Counted from the stretch's first letter, positions 10,156-21,004 are shown. The stretch: 64,000 nt of DNA from an uncultured Bacillales bacterium (GCA_905197045.1 CAJJXG010000002.1:1312-65311); one strand, 5' to 3'. A program made the numbers and translations. Notes: generated by a model from the letters alone, not told the origin.

Positions 10156-13100
10156 CTAAACCACCTTTGCGCTTCCAACTACAAAACTACCACGATTGTT
10201 TCTAACTTCATATCTTCCAGATAAAACAACAATTTTATTAATATCAATTTCACTTACTATTTCAGCCCATAAACTTGAGAAGAAAGTAGTGTCGACATCA
10301 CCTGTTTCATCAAAGATAGTAACAAAGGCCATAGGTTTGCCTTTATCTTTACCATTTTTGACAACTATATTTTTTATTGAGCGGACAATTCCAACAATTA
10401 CTGTTGTTTCACCATTTCTTAATCGATTAATAGGGGCGTGTTTCAAATTTTTTAAATTTTCAGGTAAATGATTTAATGGAGAATCACTAATCATAACGCC
10501 AAGAGCAGCACATTCATTGTCTAGTCGCTCGATTGGATCATCGATTGCTTCAGGGATTTTATATTCCATTCCAAATGTGTCGATTAACTTGCCTTCCGAA
10601 CTTTTGACCATGCTTGCGTATTGAATAGCGTTTGGGATAGACATTTTTAAAGCTTTTCTATTTGCAAAAAGAGTATCAAAGGCTCCGGCATCAATAAGTT
10701 TAGAAAGAATACTATCACTAATTTTTTCTTCACTATATACCATTCTAATTACAAAATTTATAAACGATTCAAAAGGTCCATGCTCCTCTCTTTCTTTGAT
10801 AATTGCAATAATAGTTTTTGAAGGAAGATTACTTATTCCAAGAAGTGGCATAAGTAAGCCATTATTCCACATTTCAAAGCGAAGAGTTGATGCGTTAATG
10901 TTAGGTAAATAAACCTTTATGTTTGAACTTCTAATTTCGGCTAAATATCTTGAGAATTTAGTATCGTTACTTCCATATTGTTGGTCTAAAATTGAACAAT
11001 AAAATTCAATTGGATAATTGGCTTTTAAATATGCTTCTTTACAAGCAACCATTGCATAACAAACAGCATGTGATTTATTAAAACCATAGTTGGCAAATTT
11101 CAAAATTTGTTCAAAAAGTGTGTTAGCTTCAACTCCATTATGACCATTGGCAACGCTGCCTTTAATAAAATTTTGTTTCATTTCTAAAAGCTCGTGACGA
11201 TCTTTTTTACTGATTGCTTTTCTAAAAATATCTGCATCAGAAAAACTAAAAGAAGCGTAAGCTTGAGCAATTTGCATAATTTGCTCTTGATAAACAATAA
11301 TTCCATACGTTTCTTTTAAGATAGGTTCAAGAGTCTTAGAAAGATAAGTTATTCTTTCTTGACCATGTTTTCTTCTAGAAAAAGATGGAATAAATTGCAT
11401 TGGGCCAGGACGGTCTAAAGAGATTGCTGCAACAACATCTAAAAATGAAGAAGGGCGAATATTAACAATTGCATTATATGCAGCACTAGTATCAAGTTGA
11501 AAAATACCCATTGTTTTAAATTCACTAATTAACTTAAAAATTTCAGGAGTGTCATATGGTATATCTTCCATTTTTAGGTTGATTTTGCGGGTTTTTTCAA
11601 TTTTTTTGAGGCAATTATCAATAACGGTAAGGTTTGATAAACCAAGAATATCCATCTTTAAGAACCCTTGTTTTTCAAGATAATTCTTTTCGTATTGGGT
11701 TACCAATTCATTTTCATTTTCATAATCTACCGGAATATGAGTTGATAGCTCGTCCTGATTTAAAATAATTCCTGCTGCATGAAGGCCTCTTTGACGAGGC
11801 AAGCCTTCAATATAATGAGCTTGTTTAAAAATAAACTTATAATCAACATCACTATCGACAGCTTTTTTAAAAGCCGGAATATTTTCATATGCATAATCTA
11901 GTGAAAAGTTTTTGGCGTTTTCATCTTTAAAATTGTTTGGAATTGTTTTTGAAAGATCGCCAATAAAAGAGGCAGGGAAGCCATAAACTCTTGCTGTATC
12001 TCTTATTGCTTGTTTTGCTGCAATCGTTTGAAAAGCGCAAACTCTAGCAACTTTATTAAATCCATATTTATTAATAAGATAAGCAATAATTTCTTCTCTT
12101 CGAATATCGGAAATATCAATATCTATATCAGGTAAAGAATTTCTTTTGGCGTTTAAAAATCTTTCAAAAAGTAAGTTATACTTGATTGGATCAACATCTG
12201 TTATGCCTAAACAATAAGAAATCAAACTTCCTGCAGCAGAGCCTCTTCCTGGACCAACAGGTATACCAACATTTTTAGCATAATTTACATAATCTTGAAC
12301 AACTAAAAAGTAGTTAATGTAACCTAAATTTCTAATAGTTTGGTATTCATAGTTAAGGCGTCTTTTATAGACTTGATTATTTAAATCGATATTACGTTTT
12401 TTAGCACCTTCTTTGATCAAATCGATAAAATATTGTCGAGTTTCTTCATCGTCTTTTTGAGTATAGTGAATCAAGTCGCCTCTTTTTTTATCAAACTTAA
12501 ATTCAATTAATGATTTAATCTTTTCACAATCTTTAAGTTCTAAAGGCGTATAAAACTTTAAGATTTCTTCTTTAGTTTTAAAGAAAAAATCTGAATCAGT
12601 AGGAATGGTGTTTTGTTCAATTGTAGTATTTTCTCTTAAAGCATCAAGCATGTTAATAACAATTGCATCATCCTTTTTTAAATATCTTATGTAAGGGAAA
12701 GCAATAGTTTCATAAGCATATTTTAGAGCAAAATCGCGTATTAAGTTTACGTGAGTAATTTCTTCTTTGTGATAAATTTCTATACCTATAAAAAGATGCT
12801 TGAAAACTTTTGATAATTTTAAGAGTTCATCTTTTAGATTATTGTTTACTTCTTTAAAGATTTGGTTGTATCCAATTGGTAAAACACAAATTAATCCTTC
12901 TAAAAATGGTAAAATCTCTGCAAAACTTAGCTCTTTTTCCTCTAATTTGGCTTTTGATATAAGAGAAGTGATGTGAGAAAGATTTGAATAACCGGTTTCG
13001 TTTTGAATAAATAAAGAGAAAAAATATTTCTCACATTTCACATCCATTCCTAAAATTGGAAATATGTTGTTATCTTTTGCAAGAGAAGCAAATTCAGGGA

Positions 13101-13239
13101 GGCCATACATTACACCTAAATCTGCAAGACCAAGTTCTTCATAGCCGCAGTCTTTGGCCATCTTAAAAAGATCCTTAAAAAGAATTCCACTTTTTAAGAA
13201 GGAATAACTAGAACGGATATGAAGAGGAATAAAGGCCAT
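10156..13239 (-). CDS. dnaE: DNA polymerase III alpha subunit (DnaE type)
   Basis: 1027 aa with an N-terminal PHP-like LHIRSSYSFL, LPDIDIDI, GLLKMDILGL-like FLKMDILGL, FNKSHA and a C-terminal OB region. Confidence 0.93.
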   Translation of the reverse strand: MAFIPLHIRSSYSFLKSGILFKDLFKMAKDCGYEELGLADLGVMYGLPEFASLAKDNNIFPILGMDVKCEKYFFSLFIQNETGYSNLSHITSLISKAKLEEKELSFAEILPFLEGLICVLPIGYNQIFKEVNNNLKDELLKLSKVFKHLFIGIEIYHKEEITHVNLIRDFALKYAYETIAFPYIRYLKKDDAIVINMLDALRENTTIEQNTIPTDSDFFFKTKEEILKFYTPLELKDCEKIKSLIEFKFDKKRGDLIHYTQKDDEETRQYFIDLIKEGAKKRNIDLNNQVYKRRLNYEYQTIRNLGYINYFLVVQDYVNYAKNVGIPVGPGRGSAAGSLISYCLGITDVDPIKYNLLFERFLNAKRNSLPDIDIDISDIRREEIIAYLINKYGFNKVARVCAFQTIAAKQAIRDTARVYGFPASFIGDLSKTIPNNFKDENAKNFSLDYAYENIPAFKKAVDSDVDYKFIFKQAHYIEGLPRQRGLHAAGIILNQDELSTHIPVDYENENELVTQYEKNYLEKQGFLKMDILGLSNLTVIDNCLKKIEKTRKINLKMEDIPYDTPEIFKLISEFKTMGIFQLDTSAAYNAIVNIRPSSFLDVVAAISLDRPGPMQFIPSFSRRKHGQERITYLSKTLEPILKETYGIIVYQEQIMQIAQAYASFSFSDADIFRKAISKKDRHELLEMKQNFIKGSVANGHNGVEANTLFEQILKFANYGFNKSHAVCYAMVACKEAYLKANYPIEFYCSILDQQYGSNDTKFSRYLAEIRSSNIKVYLPNINASTLRFEMWNNGLLMPLLGISNLPSKTIIAIIKEREEHGPFESFINFVIRMVYSEEKISDSILSKLIDAGAFDTLFANRKALKMSIPNAIQYASMVKSSEGKLIDTFGMEYKIPEAIDDPIERLDNECAALGVMISDSPLNHLPENLKNLKHAPINRLRNGETTVIVGIVRSIKNIVVKNGKDKGKPMAFVTIFDETGDVDTTFFSSLWAEIVSEIDINKIVVLSGRYEVRNNRGSFVVGSAKVV

Positions 13240-14240
13240 TATTTACCTGTAATAATTAATTGGTCTAAACGGTTAATAAAGGTGTCAAGTTCTGATAAAT
13301 CTTTAATTTGACATCCGCTTGCTTGAGCGTGTCCGCCACCTTTAAATTCGCTAGCGACACCATTAATAATATAATCTCTTGTTCTGATTGATATTCTAAA
13401 GCATGGTTCAGTAATATCTTCTGTAATCGAGCACCAAATATTAATGCCTTTGATATTAGAGAAAAGATTGACGTTTTCTTTCCCTCTTTCACTAGTCAAA
13501 CCAAGCTTTAATAAATCTTCGTTAGTTAAAACGTAATAAGCCACACCTTGAGGCGAAACTTTGTAATTATTTAAGATAAATTTGGTTACTTCTAAATCAG
13601 CAACATTCTTTTCATACATTAAAGCGTAAATGCTTGTGATATTAATTCCTTTATTGACTAAAGCAGAAGCAATTTCAAAAGTATGTGGAGTAGTTGAAGA
13701 ATACATAAATCTACCACTATCTCCAACAAGAGCAATATAAAGATATTTAGCACTTAAAGCACTTAATGAATAATCTTTAAATGATATAAGCATGTTAGCA
13801 ACAATTTCACTGGCAGCAGCTTTACTTGTATCTACAATTGAAAGATCAAATAACTTATCAGTTTCAGGGTGATGATCGATTTTAATTATATATTTGGCTT
13901 TTTCAAAGCGAGGATCAGCAATTCGTTTTTTATCACCTACATCAACAATGATTGCTAAAAAATCATCAAACCATGCGTCGCTAACTTTATCGGTTTCTGG
14001 AAAAAGTCCACGAGGAGTAAAAGTGACGTGGTTATCGCCTAAAATTTTGACGTCTTTATCAGGAAAATTTTCTTTAATCCATGTGGCTAAGCCAAATTGA
14101 GTACCTAAAGCATCAAAATCTGGCATGATATGACGAAAAACAGCAATTTTTTTGTATCTTTTAATTTGTCTTAAAACTAATCCGAATTCTTTTTTAAATT
14201 TGTCGTTTTCTAATTTAATGTAATCTATTTTTTTCTCCAT
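13239..14240 (-). CDS. nrnA: DHH/DHHA1 phosphoesterase (NrnA-type oligoribonuclease / pAp phosphatase)
   Basis: 333 aa with HIMPDFDALG, IDHHPE and GGGHAQASG. Its stop TAA overlaps the dnaE ATG by 1 nt. Confidence 0.8.
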   Translation of the reverse strand: MEKKIDYIKLENDKFKKEFGLVLRQIKRYKKIAVFRHIMPDFDALGTQFGLATWIKENFPDKDVKILGDNHVTFTPRGLFPETDKVSDAWFDDFLAIIVDVGDKKRIADPRFEKAKYIIKIDHHPETDKLFDLSIVDTSKAAASEIVANMLISFKDYSLSALSAKYLYIALVGDSGRFMYSSTTPHTFEIASALVNKGINITSIYALMYEKNVADLEVTKFILNNYKVSPQGVAYYVLTNEDLLKLGLTSERGKENVNLFSNIKGINIWCSITEDITEPCFRISIRTRDYIINGVASEFKGGGHAQASGCQIKDLSELDTFINRLDQLIITGK

Positions 14241-14253
14241 TTATTCTTCCTAT

Positions 14254-15453
14254 CTATTTCTTTAAGCAAATGTTGTAAGCATCACGTGCAATCATAACTT
14301 CCTCATCTGTAGGAATAACTGCAACTTTAATTTTGCTATCAGGAGTAGAAATTAATCCTTCTTTTCCTCCAACCATTTGTGCGTCTAAATCTTTGCTATA
14401 TCTAACTCCAAGAGCCTCAGCTATATTATCTAAAACTATTTCTCTATAATCAGGAGCATTTTCTCCAATACCTGCTGAGAAAATAATTAAATCGCATCCG
14501 CCAAGTCTAACATAATATTGGCCAATAAAATCAGCAACTCTTCTTGCCCATAATTTCATAGCAAGAATAGCGTGTTTATCGCCTTTTCTTGCGGCGTCTT
14601 CGACATCTCTTGAATCGTTTGAAATGCCACTAACTCCGAGTAAGCCACTCTTTTTATTCAATTCTTGGAAAACAGTTTCATTGTCTTTCCCACTCATTGC
14701 AACAATTTGATAATAAACACTTGGGTCCATATCGCCGGTTCTAGAATTCATCATGATTCCTCCAAGTGGAGTGAGTCCCATTGATGTAGCAACACATTTG
14801 CCATGTTTAGTAGCGGTAATAGAAGCGCCGCTTCCTAAATGACAAATAATCATTCGCTTATCTTTTGCTTCAGGGATAAATTTTTCGCCAACTTCACTTA
14901 AATATTTGTGAGAGGTTCCATGAGCGCCATATCTTCTAATTTGATATTTTTCAGTATATTCATATGGAATTGGGTATGTGTAATCTTCTTCTTCCATACT
15001 TTGGTGAAAGGCTGTATCAAAAACTGCAACTTGAGGTACATTTGGTAAAACTTTTTTGAAGGCCTCATAACCAGTAAGGTGAGCTTTATTATGAAGTGGA
15101 GCAAGTGGAATTAAACTTGCAACTTTTTGAACAGTATCTTCATTCCATAAAACAGAATGAGAGAAATAGCTCCCACCTTGAACAACTCTATGACCGACAG
15201 CCTTAATTTCGTCTAAATGAGAAATAATTTTCTTTTCAAGCATTCCTTTAACAACGATATCAACAGCATAACCATGATCTGGAACAGGTAATACTTTTGT
15301 TTCTTTGTTACCATCGAATTTAATGGTGAAAATTCCATCATCATGACCAATTCTTTCAACTATACCAGAGCATAAAACTTTTTCTTCTGGCATTTCATAT
15401 AATTTAAATTTAACACTGCTTGATCCGCAGTTAACAGACATTACTTTTGCCAT
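14254..15453 (-). CDS. ackA: acetate kinase
   Basis: 399 aa with VNCGSSSVKF, GHRVVQGG, RRYGAHGTSH and IICHLGSGASI. Confidence 0.95.
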   Translation of the reverse strand: MAKVMSVNCGSSSVKFKLYEMPEEKVLCSGIVERIGHDDGIFTIKFDGNKETKVLPVPDHGYAVDIVVKGMLEKKIISHLDEIKAVGHRVVQGGSYFSHSVLWNEDTVQKVASLIPLAPLHNKAHLTGYEAFKKVLPNVPQVAVFDTAFHQSMEEEDYTYPIPYEYTEKYQIRRYGAHGTSHKYLSEVGEKFIPEAKDKRMIICHLGSGASITATKHGKCVATSMGLTPLGGIMMNSRTGDMDPSVYYQIVAMSGKDNETVFQELNKKSGLLGVSGISNDSRDVEDAARKGDKHAILAMKLWARRVADFIGQYYVRLGGCDLIIFSAGIGENAPDYREIVLDNIAEALGVRYSKDLDAQMVGGKEGLISTPDSKIKVAVIPTDEEVMIARDAYNICLKK

Positions 15454-15811
15454 AGCAAATCTCCTTCAAAACAATCTTATTTATTATAGCCATTTTAAAG
15501 GCAAAATTTAATAAAATATCTAATCTAAAGTAGAAGTATTTTCTTAATATGATATTAAAGAAAGATGCCTTTAAAGTCATCATTAATGCTTTAAATCCTT
15601 ACTTGAAATATGTGTTTGCATTTATTATTCATGTTTTGGAATGACAAAAATACGAAAAAAACATTCTTTTCTAGTGGAAAAACATGGTTTTCTGAAAACT
15701 TTTCTGAAAATTTATGAAAATATTTATCATTTTCTTTTTATTTTTGATTTTTACTTTAAAAGTAAAAGGATTGTATCTATAATCAAATTATAGAGTTTAC
15801 GGAGGTAATTT

Positions 15812-17749
15812 ATGGCCTATGGCTTATTATTTGACTATTTAAATGGTCAATGTATTGAAGCTTATAAATATTTTGGTGCGCATTTTGAAACTAGAGAGGT
15901 AAAAGAAATAATTACTATACCTCTAAAAAAAGATCCTAGTAAAACAAAACATAGTTCAAGAAAAAAGCTAATTGAAGGGGTTGTCTTTAGACTTTATGCT
16001 CCATCCGCTAGTGATGTAAGCGTTATTGGAGATTGGAATGGTTGGGATCCAACAATTCACAAAATGAATAAAGTCGATGATTCTGGCGTTTTCGAGATTT
16101 TTATTGAAGGATTGCATAATTATTCTTTCTATAAATATCACTTTAGAAACGCAAGGGGTGAATATGTTGATAAAGCTGACCCATTTGCTTTTTTAAGTGA
16201 ATATAGACCAGGATCATGCTCTCGTTTATTTAACATTAATGGATTTATCTGGCACGATACTCCTTACCTTAAACAACGTTCTAGAAACTTCGATGCTCCA
16301 ATGAGCATTTATGAAATGCATTTAGGTAGTTGGAAGGGTAAGGTTGATGGCAGAAATTTATCTTATGAAGAAATTGCCGATTATTTAATTCCATATTTAA
16401 AAGAAACTGGCTTTACTCATATTGAAATTATGCCAATTACTCAATATCCATTTGATGGAAGTTGGGGTTATCAAGCTACAGGTTTTTATAGCGTAGATTC
16501 ACGTTATGGAAATCCTATGCAACTTATGAGTTTTGTTGATCGAATCCACCAAGCTGGAATTGGTGTTATCTTAGATTTTGCTCCAGTTCATTTTGCAACA
16601 GATCCTTGGGCTTTAAAGGATTTTGATGGAACTCCAATGTATGAATATGGAAATGAACACATGTATTCTCCATGGGGTAGCTGTCAATTCGATCTTGGAA
16701 AAGATCCTATTAGAAGCTTCTTAATGAGTGCGATGAGATACTTTATTGATTATTTCCATTTTGATGGAATTAGAGTTGATGCAGTAAGCAATATCGTCTA
16801 TTGGGACGGCAATAAGAACAATGGCGAAAATCATGGTGCCACTGAATTTATCAAGAGATTAAATGGTAAAATGCATTATGCTGACCAATCCATCATGATG
16901 ATTGCTGAAGATTCCACTGATTTTCCAGGAGTTACTAAGCCAATTGAATATGGAGGACTTGGATTCGATTATAAATGGGATCTTGGTTGGATGAACGATA
17001 CTTTAAAGTATTATGCTCTTGATCCAATTTATAAGAAATATGACCATAACAAATTAACTTTCTCTATGGCTTATTTCTTCAGTGAAAATTTCTTACTACC
17101 TTTATCACATGATGAAGTTGTTCACGGAAAAGGAACAATTTTAAATAAAATGTGGGGCGATTATGATCAAAAATTTGCTCTTGTAAGAAATTTATATACA
17201 TATCAATTTGCTCATCCTGGCAAAAAACTTAATTTCATGGGTAATGAATTAGCTTCATGGGATGAGTGGAATGAGACAAAATCTCTCCCTTGGGAACTTA
17301 AACGATTCCCAAAACACGATAGTGTTTCCCGTCTTGTAAGGGATTTAAATCTTATCTATCGAAAAGAAAGTGCAATGCATTATGAAGAATATAATCCAGT
17401 CCATTTTAACTGGCTTATGGTCGATAACAAAAATGATAGTGTCTTCGCTTTTGAAAGAAGAGTTGGTGACTCTCACTTAGTATTTATATTCAATATGACA
17501 CCAAATTATTACGAGCAATATGACATTGGTGTAACTCGTGAAGGAACCTATACTGAAATCTTTAATAGTGATAAAGATGTCTATGGTGGAAGTAATGCAT
17601 ACAATGGACTTGATGTAATGTCATATTATTGGGGTCCAGAAAACAAACCACACAAAATAACCGTTAAAATTGCTCCATTTGCTGCTATGATTTTCAAATA
17701 TGCTCATAAAAATGGAGAGGATTTAACCGAAGAAAAGGAAGGTAAATAA
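15812..17749 (+). CDS. glgB: 1,4-alpha-glucan branching enzyme
   Basis: 645 aa with GH13 motifs ILDFAPVHF, GIRVDAV, AEDST and LPLSHDEVVHGK. GGAGG RBS. Confidence 0.93.
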   Translation: MAYGLLFDYLNGQCIEAYKYFGAHFETREVKEIITIPLKKDPSKTKHSSRKKLIEGVVFRLYAPSASDVSVIGDWNGWDPTIHKMNKVDDSGVFEIFIEGLHNYSFYKYHFRNARGEYVDKADPFAFLSEYRPGSCSRLFNINGFIWHDTPYLKQRSRNFDAPMSIYEMHLGSWKGKVDGRNLSYEEIADYLIPYLKETGFTHIEIMPITQYPFDGSWGYQATGFYSVDSRYGNPMQLMSFVDRIHQAGIGVILDFAPVHFATDPWALKDFDGTPMYEYGNEHMYSPWGSCQFDLGKDPIRSFLMSAMRYFIDYFHFDGIRVDAVSNIVYWDGNKNNGENHGATEFIKRLNGKMHYADQSIMMIAEDSTDFPGVTKPIEYGGLGFDYKWDLGWMNDTLKYYALDPIYKKYDHNKLTFSMAYFFSENFLLPLSHDEVVHGKGTILNKMWGDYDQKFALVRNLYTYQFAHPGKKLNFMGNELASWDEWNETKSLPWELKRFPKHDSVSRLVRDLNLIYRKESAMHYEEYNPVHFNWLMVDNKNDSVFAFERRVGDSHLVFIFNMTPNYYEQYDIGVTREGTYTEIFNSDKDVYGGSNAYNGLDVMSYYWGPENKPHKITVKIAPFAAMIFKYAHKNGEDLTEEKEGK

Positions 17750-17753
17750 TTAA

Positions 17754-20171
17754 ATGATATTCTCAAACAAACAAGAATTTGCAAAAGAATTTAAATCAAG
17801 AATGTCTGCTAAATATGGTCGTTCACCATCTGATGCTCACGTTCTTGAAAAATACGATATTTTAGGTGAAATGGTTCGTGATTATGCTGGTTATAACTGG
17901 CGTAAAACACACGAATACTTAAACGATAACCATTCAAAACAATTAATCTATTTCTCAATGGAATTCTTAATTGGTCGTTTACTTACTAATAACATGATGA
18001 ATTTAGGAATTTATGATATTTGTAAGGATGGCTTAAGCGAATTAGGGATCGACATTGGCGAGCTTGAAGATATGGAAGCTGATGCTGGATTAGGAAATGG
18101 TGGGTTAGGAAGACTTGCTGCTTGTTTCCTTGATTCAATTGCATCTCTTGGTTATCCAGGAAATGGAAATTGTATTCGCTATGAATATGGTTTCTTTAAA
18201 CAAAAAATTGTTGATGAAAAACAAATCGAACTCCCTGATCAATGGCTTCAAAATGGCTATGTTTGGGAAGTTAGAAAACCAAAACACTCAGTTGAAGTAA
18301 GCTTTTATGGAAACGCTGAAACATATTTAAAACCAAATGGTGATTATGGAATTAGAACAGTAAATTCAACAAAAATTACTGCTTGCCCATATGATGTTTC
18401 TGTAGTTGGTTATAAAAATGGAGTCGCTAACAACTTAAGACTTTGGAAAGCTCAACCAAGCGAACAAAATTTCCCTTATAACATTTCTTTTGATGAATAC
18501 TTAAATCAAATTAATGAATTATGCCATGGTTTATATCCAGATGACACCACAGAGCACGGAAAATTGTTAAGACTTAGACAACAATATTTCTTTGTTAGTG
18601 CCGGTCTTCAAAGCGCAATTAGAGGTTTCATTCGTTTAGGAGGAGACTTACATAAATTCTATGAAAGTTATGTTTTCCAACTTAACGACACCCATCCAAT
18701 TTTAGCTATTCCAGAACTTATGAGACTTTTAATGGATGAACATGGCTTTGGCTGGGATGAAGCATGGGAGCAAGTTACAAAATGTATTGCTTATACAAAC
18801 CATACAGTAATGCCTGAAGCTCTTGAAAAATGGCCAATTCAATACATCCAAAATTTAATTCCACGTTGCTACATGATTATTGAAGAAATTAATCGTCGTA
18901 CAATGATTTGGATGAACCAAAATGGTGTAAGTGAAGGCGAAATGAGCAATATGCAAATTATAAAAGATGGAATGGTTAGAATGACTAACCTTGCAATCTT
19001 TACTTGCTTTAGCGTAAATGGTGTCGCTGCTTTGCATACAGACATTTTAAAAAGAGAGACATTCAAAGATTTCTATAAGTATTTCCCTGAAAAATTTAAT
19101 AACAAAACTAATGGGGTTACTCATAGAAGATGGCTCATGTATTCAAACCCAGAACTTTCTAATTTAATTACTTCAAAAATTGGCGATTCTTGGATTAAAA
19201 ACCCTGATGATTTAGAAAAACTCTTAAAATATCAAGATGATCGCGATACTCTTGAAGCCTTAAGAAAAGTTAAACATCTTAATAAGATTAAATTAGCAAA
19301 GTTTATCGAAAAGAATTATGGAATTAAGATTGATACTCATTCAATTATTGATACCCAAATTAAAAGATTACATGCCTATAAGAGACAACTTTTAAATGTC
19401 TTTAGAATTATGCATTATTATTTTGAAATCAAAACAAATCCTGATTTCAAGATGCTTCCACATACCTTTATCTTTGGTGCTAAAGCTGCTCCAAGTTACG
19501 TTTTTGCAAAAGAAATTATTACTTTAATCAATGCTGTTGCAAATGTAGTTAACAACGATCCTGAAGTTTCAAAATATATGAAAGTTGTCTTCATGATCAA
19601 CTATGGTGTTTCTTTAGCTGAATTAATTATTCCAGCAACCGATATTTCTGAACAAATTTCAACCGCCGGAAAAGAAGCAAGTGGTACAAGTAATATGAAG
19701 TTTATGATGAATGGTGCTTTAACACTTGGAACACTTGATGGAGCTAACGTTGAAATTAATGAACGAGTCGGTGATGATAATAGCTTTATCTTTGGCTTAA
19801 AAGTCAACGATATTGAGTCCATTAAAAAGAGTGGAATGTATAACCCATGGGACTTATATAATAGCGACCAAAACATCAGAAGAATTTTAGATAGCTTATT
19901 TAATGGTCCATGGTGTGAAGGAATTCATGATCGTTTCAGAGGGATTTTTGATGAAATCATGAATCATAATGATGAGTATTTCATTTTAATGGATTTTGCA
20001 GCTTATATTGATGAATCTAAAAAGATTGCTGACTATTATAAAAATAGACAAGCATGGACAAAGAGCTGCTTAATCAATATTGCTAAGAGTGGCTATTTCT
20101 CAAGTGATAGAACAATTGAGCAATACAATAAAGATATTTGGCATTTAAAGAAGATTGAATTTAAAGACTAA
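17754..20171 (+). CDS. glgP: glycogen/maltodextrin phosphorylase
   Basis: 805 aa with GLGNGGLGRLAACFLDS and the PLP-site region EASGTSNMKFMMNGALTLGTLDGANVE. It starts 4 nt after glgB. Confidence 0.95.
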   Translation: MIFSNKQEFAKEFKSRMSAKYGRSPSDAHVLEKYDILGEMVRDYAGYNWRKTHEYLNDNHSKQLIYFSMEFLIGRLLTNNMMNLGIYDICKDGLSELGIDIGELEDMEADAGLGNGGLGRLAACFLDSIASLGYPGNGNCIRYEYGFFKQKIVDEKQIELPDQWLQNGYVWEVRKPKHSVEVSFYGNAETYLKPNGDYGIRTVNSTKITACPYDVSVVGYKNGVANNLRLWKAQPSEQNFPYNISFDEYLNQINELCHGLYPDDTTEHGKLLRLRQQYFFVSAGLQSAIRGFIRLGGDLHKFYESYVFQLNDTHPILAIPELMRLLMDEHGFGWDEAWEQVTKCIAYTNHTVMPEALEKWPIQYIQNLIPRCYMIIEEINRRTMIWMNQNGVSEGEMSNMQIIKDGMVRMTNLAIFTCFSVNGVAALHTDILKRETFKDFYKYFPEKFNNKTNGVTHRRWLMYSNPELSNLITSKIGDSWIKNPDDLEKLLKYQDDRDTLEALRKVKHLNKIKLAKFIEKNYGIKIDTHSIIDTQIKRLHAYKRQLLNVFRIMHYYFEIKTNPDFKMLPHTFIFGAKAAPSYVFAKEIITLINAVANVVNNDPEVSKYMKVVFMINYGVSLAELIIPATDISEQISTAGKEASGTSNMKFMMNGALTLGTLDGANVEINERVGDDNSFIFGLKVNDIESIKKSGMYNPWDLYNSDQNIRRILDSLFNGPWCEGIHDRFRGIFDEIMNHNDEYFILMDFAAYIDESKKIADYYKNRQAWTKSCLINIAKSGYFSSDRTIEQYNKDIWHLKKIEFKD

Positions 20172-20198
20172 TATCTTTTAAGAAGAAATAACTTTGAT

Positions 20199-20234
20199 AG
20201 TGATGTCTTTTCATTAAGACATCACTTTTATTTT
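20199..20234 (+). terminator. rho-independent terminator after glgP
   Basis: AGTGATGTCTT-ttcatt-AAGACATCACT followed by TTTATTTT. Confidence 0.8.
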
Positions 20235-20368
20235 GTCTCCTTTCTTTTATTAATTATCTCTTCACTAATATAAAGGAGTTTATTTGACAAAAGTAAAAAA
20301 TATTTTAACTTTTTGTTTAAAAATTTACTTTTTAAAACTCAGTTTTTTTAATACTTTTTTCTTGGCTA

Positions 20369-20377
20369 TGTTATAAT
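20369..20377 (+). promoter_or_regulatory. extended -10 element (TGtTATAAT) upstream of lemA
   Basis: TGTTATAAT lies 20 nt upstream of the ATG with AAGGAGGG between them. No good -35 was seen. Confidence 0.35.
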
Positions 20378-20397
20378 TCAAAAAGGAGGGTGAAAAA

Positions 20398-20997
20398 ATG
20401 ATAATACCTAATTTATTATTAAGCACTGGTGCTATTATTGGTATCGTAGTAGTGGCTGTTATTGTACTAGTTTTCATAATTATTGTTGCTTGGTACATTT
20501 CAACAATGAACTGGTTTAGAAGAACCAAAGTTAAAGTTGATGAAGCAAATAGTGGAATTGATGTTGCTTTAACAAAACGTTATGACCTTTTAACAAAAGC
20601 TTTAGCTGCTGTTAAAGGCTATGCAAAACATGAGGCTGAAACTTTAAGTAAAGTTATCGGCATGAGAACTGGCTCAATTAAAGAATTATCCTTAGATGAA
20701 AAAAGTAAACTCAATGCTGAACTTAGCCAAGTTCAAAGAGGAATTAATGTAGTAGTTGAACAATATCCTCAACTTAAAGCTGATACACAATTCACTTTAC
20801 TTCAAAACCAAACAGCCGATTGTGAAGAACAACTTCAAGCAGCAAGAAGAGTTTATAACTCTAACGTTTCGATTTTTAATCAAAAAAGGGTTACTTTCCC
20901 AAGTTCAATTGTTGCGAAAAGAATTGGCTTTACTAGCGATCTTGAATTCTTCAAAGCTGATGAAGAAAAACGTCAAGACGTCAAATTTGATTTCTAA
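20398..20997 (+). CDS. lemA: LemA family membrane protein
   Basis: 199 aa with an N-terminal TM, then ...DVALTKRYDLL..., ARRVYNSNVSIFNQKRVTFPSSIVAKRIGF and FFKAD, typical of LemA. Confidence 0.85.
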   Translation: MIIPNLLLSTGAIIGIVVVAVIVLVFIIIVAWYISTMNWFRRTKVKVDEANSGIDVALTKRYDLLTKALAAVKGYAKHEAETLSKVIGMRTGSIKELSLDEKSKLNAELSQVQRGINVVVEQYPQLKADTQFTLLQNQTADCEEQLQAARRVYNSNVSIFNQKRVTFPSSIVAKRIGFTSDLEFFKADEEKRQDVKFDF

Positions 20998-21004
20998 TTA
21001 AAAA

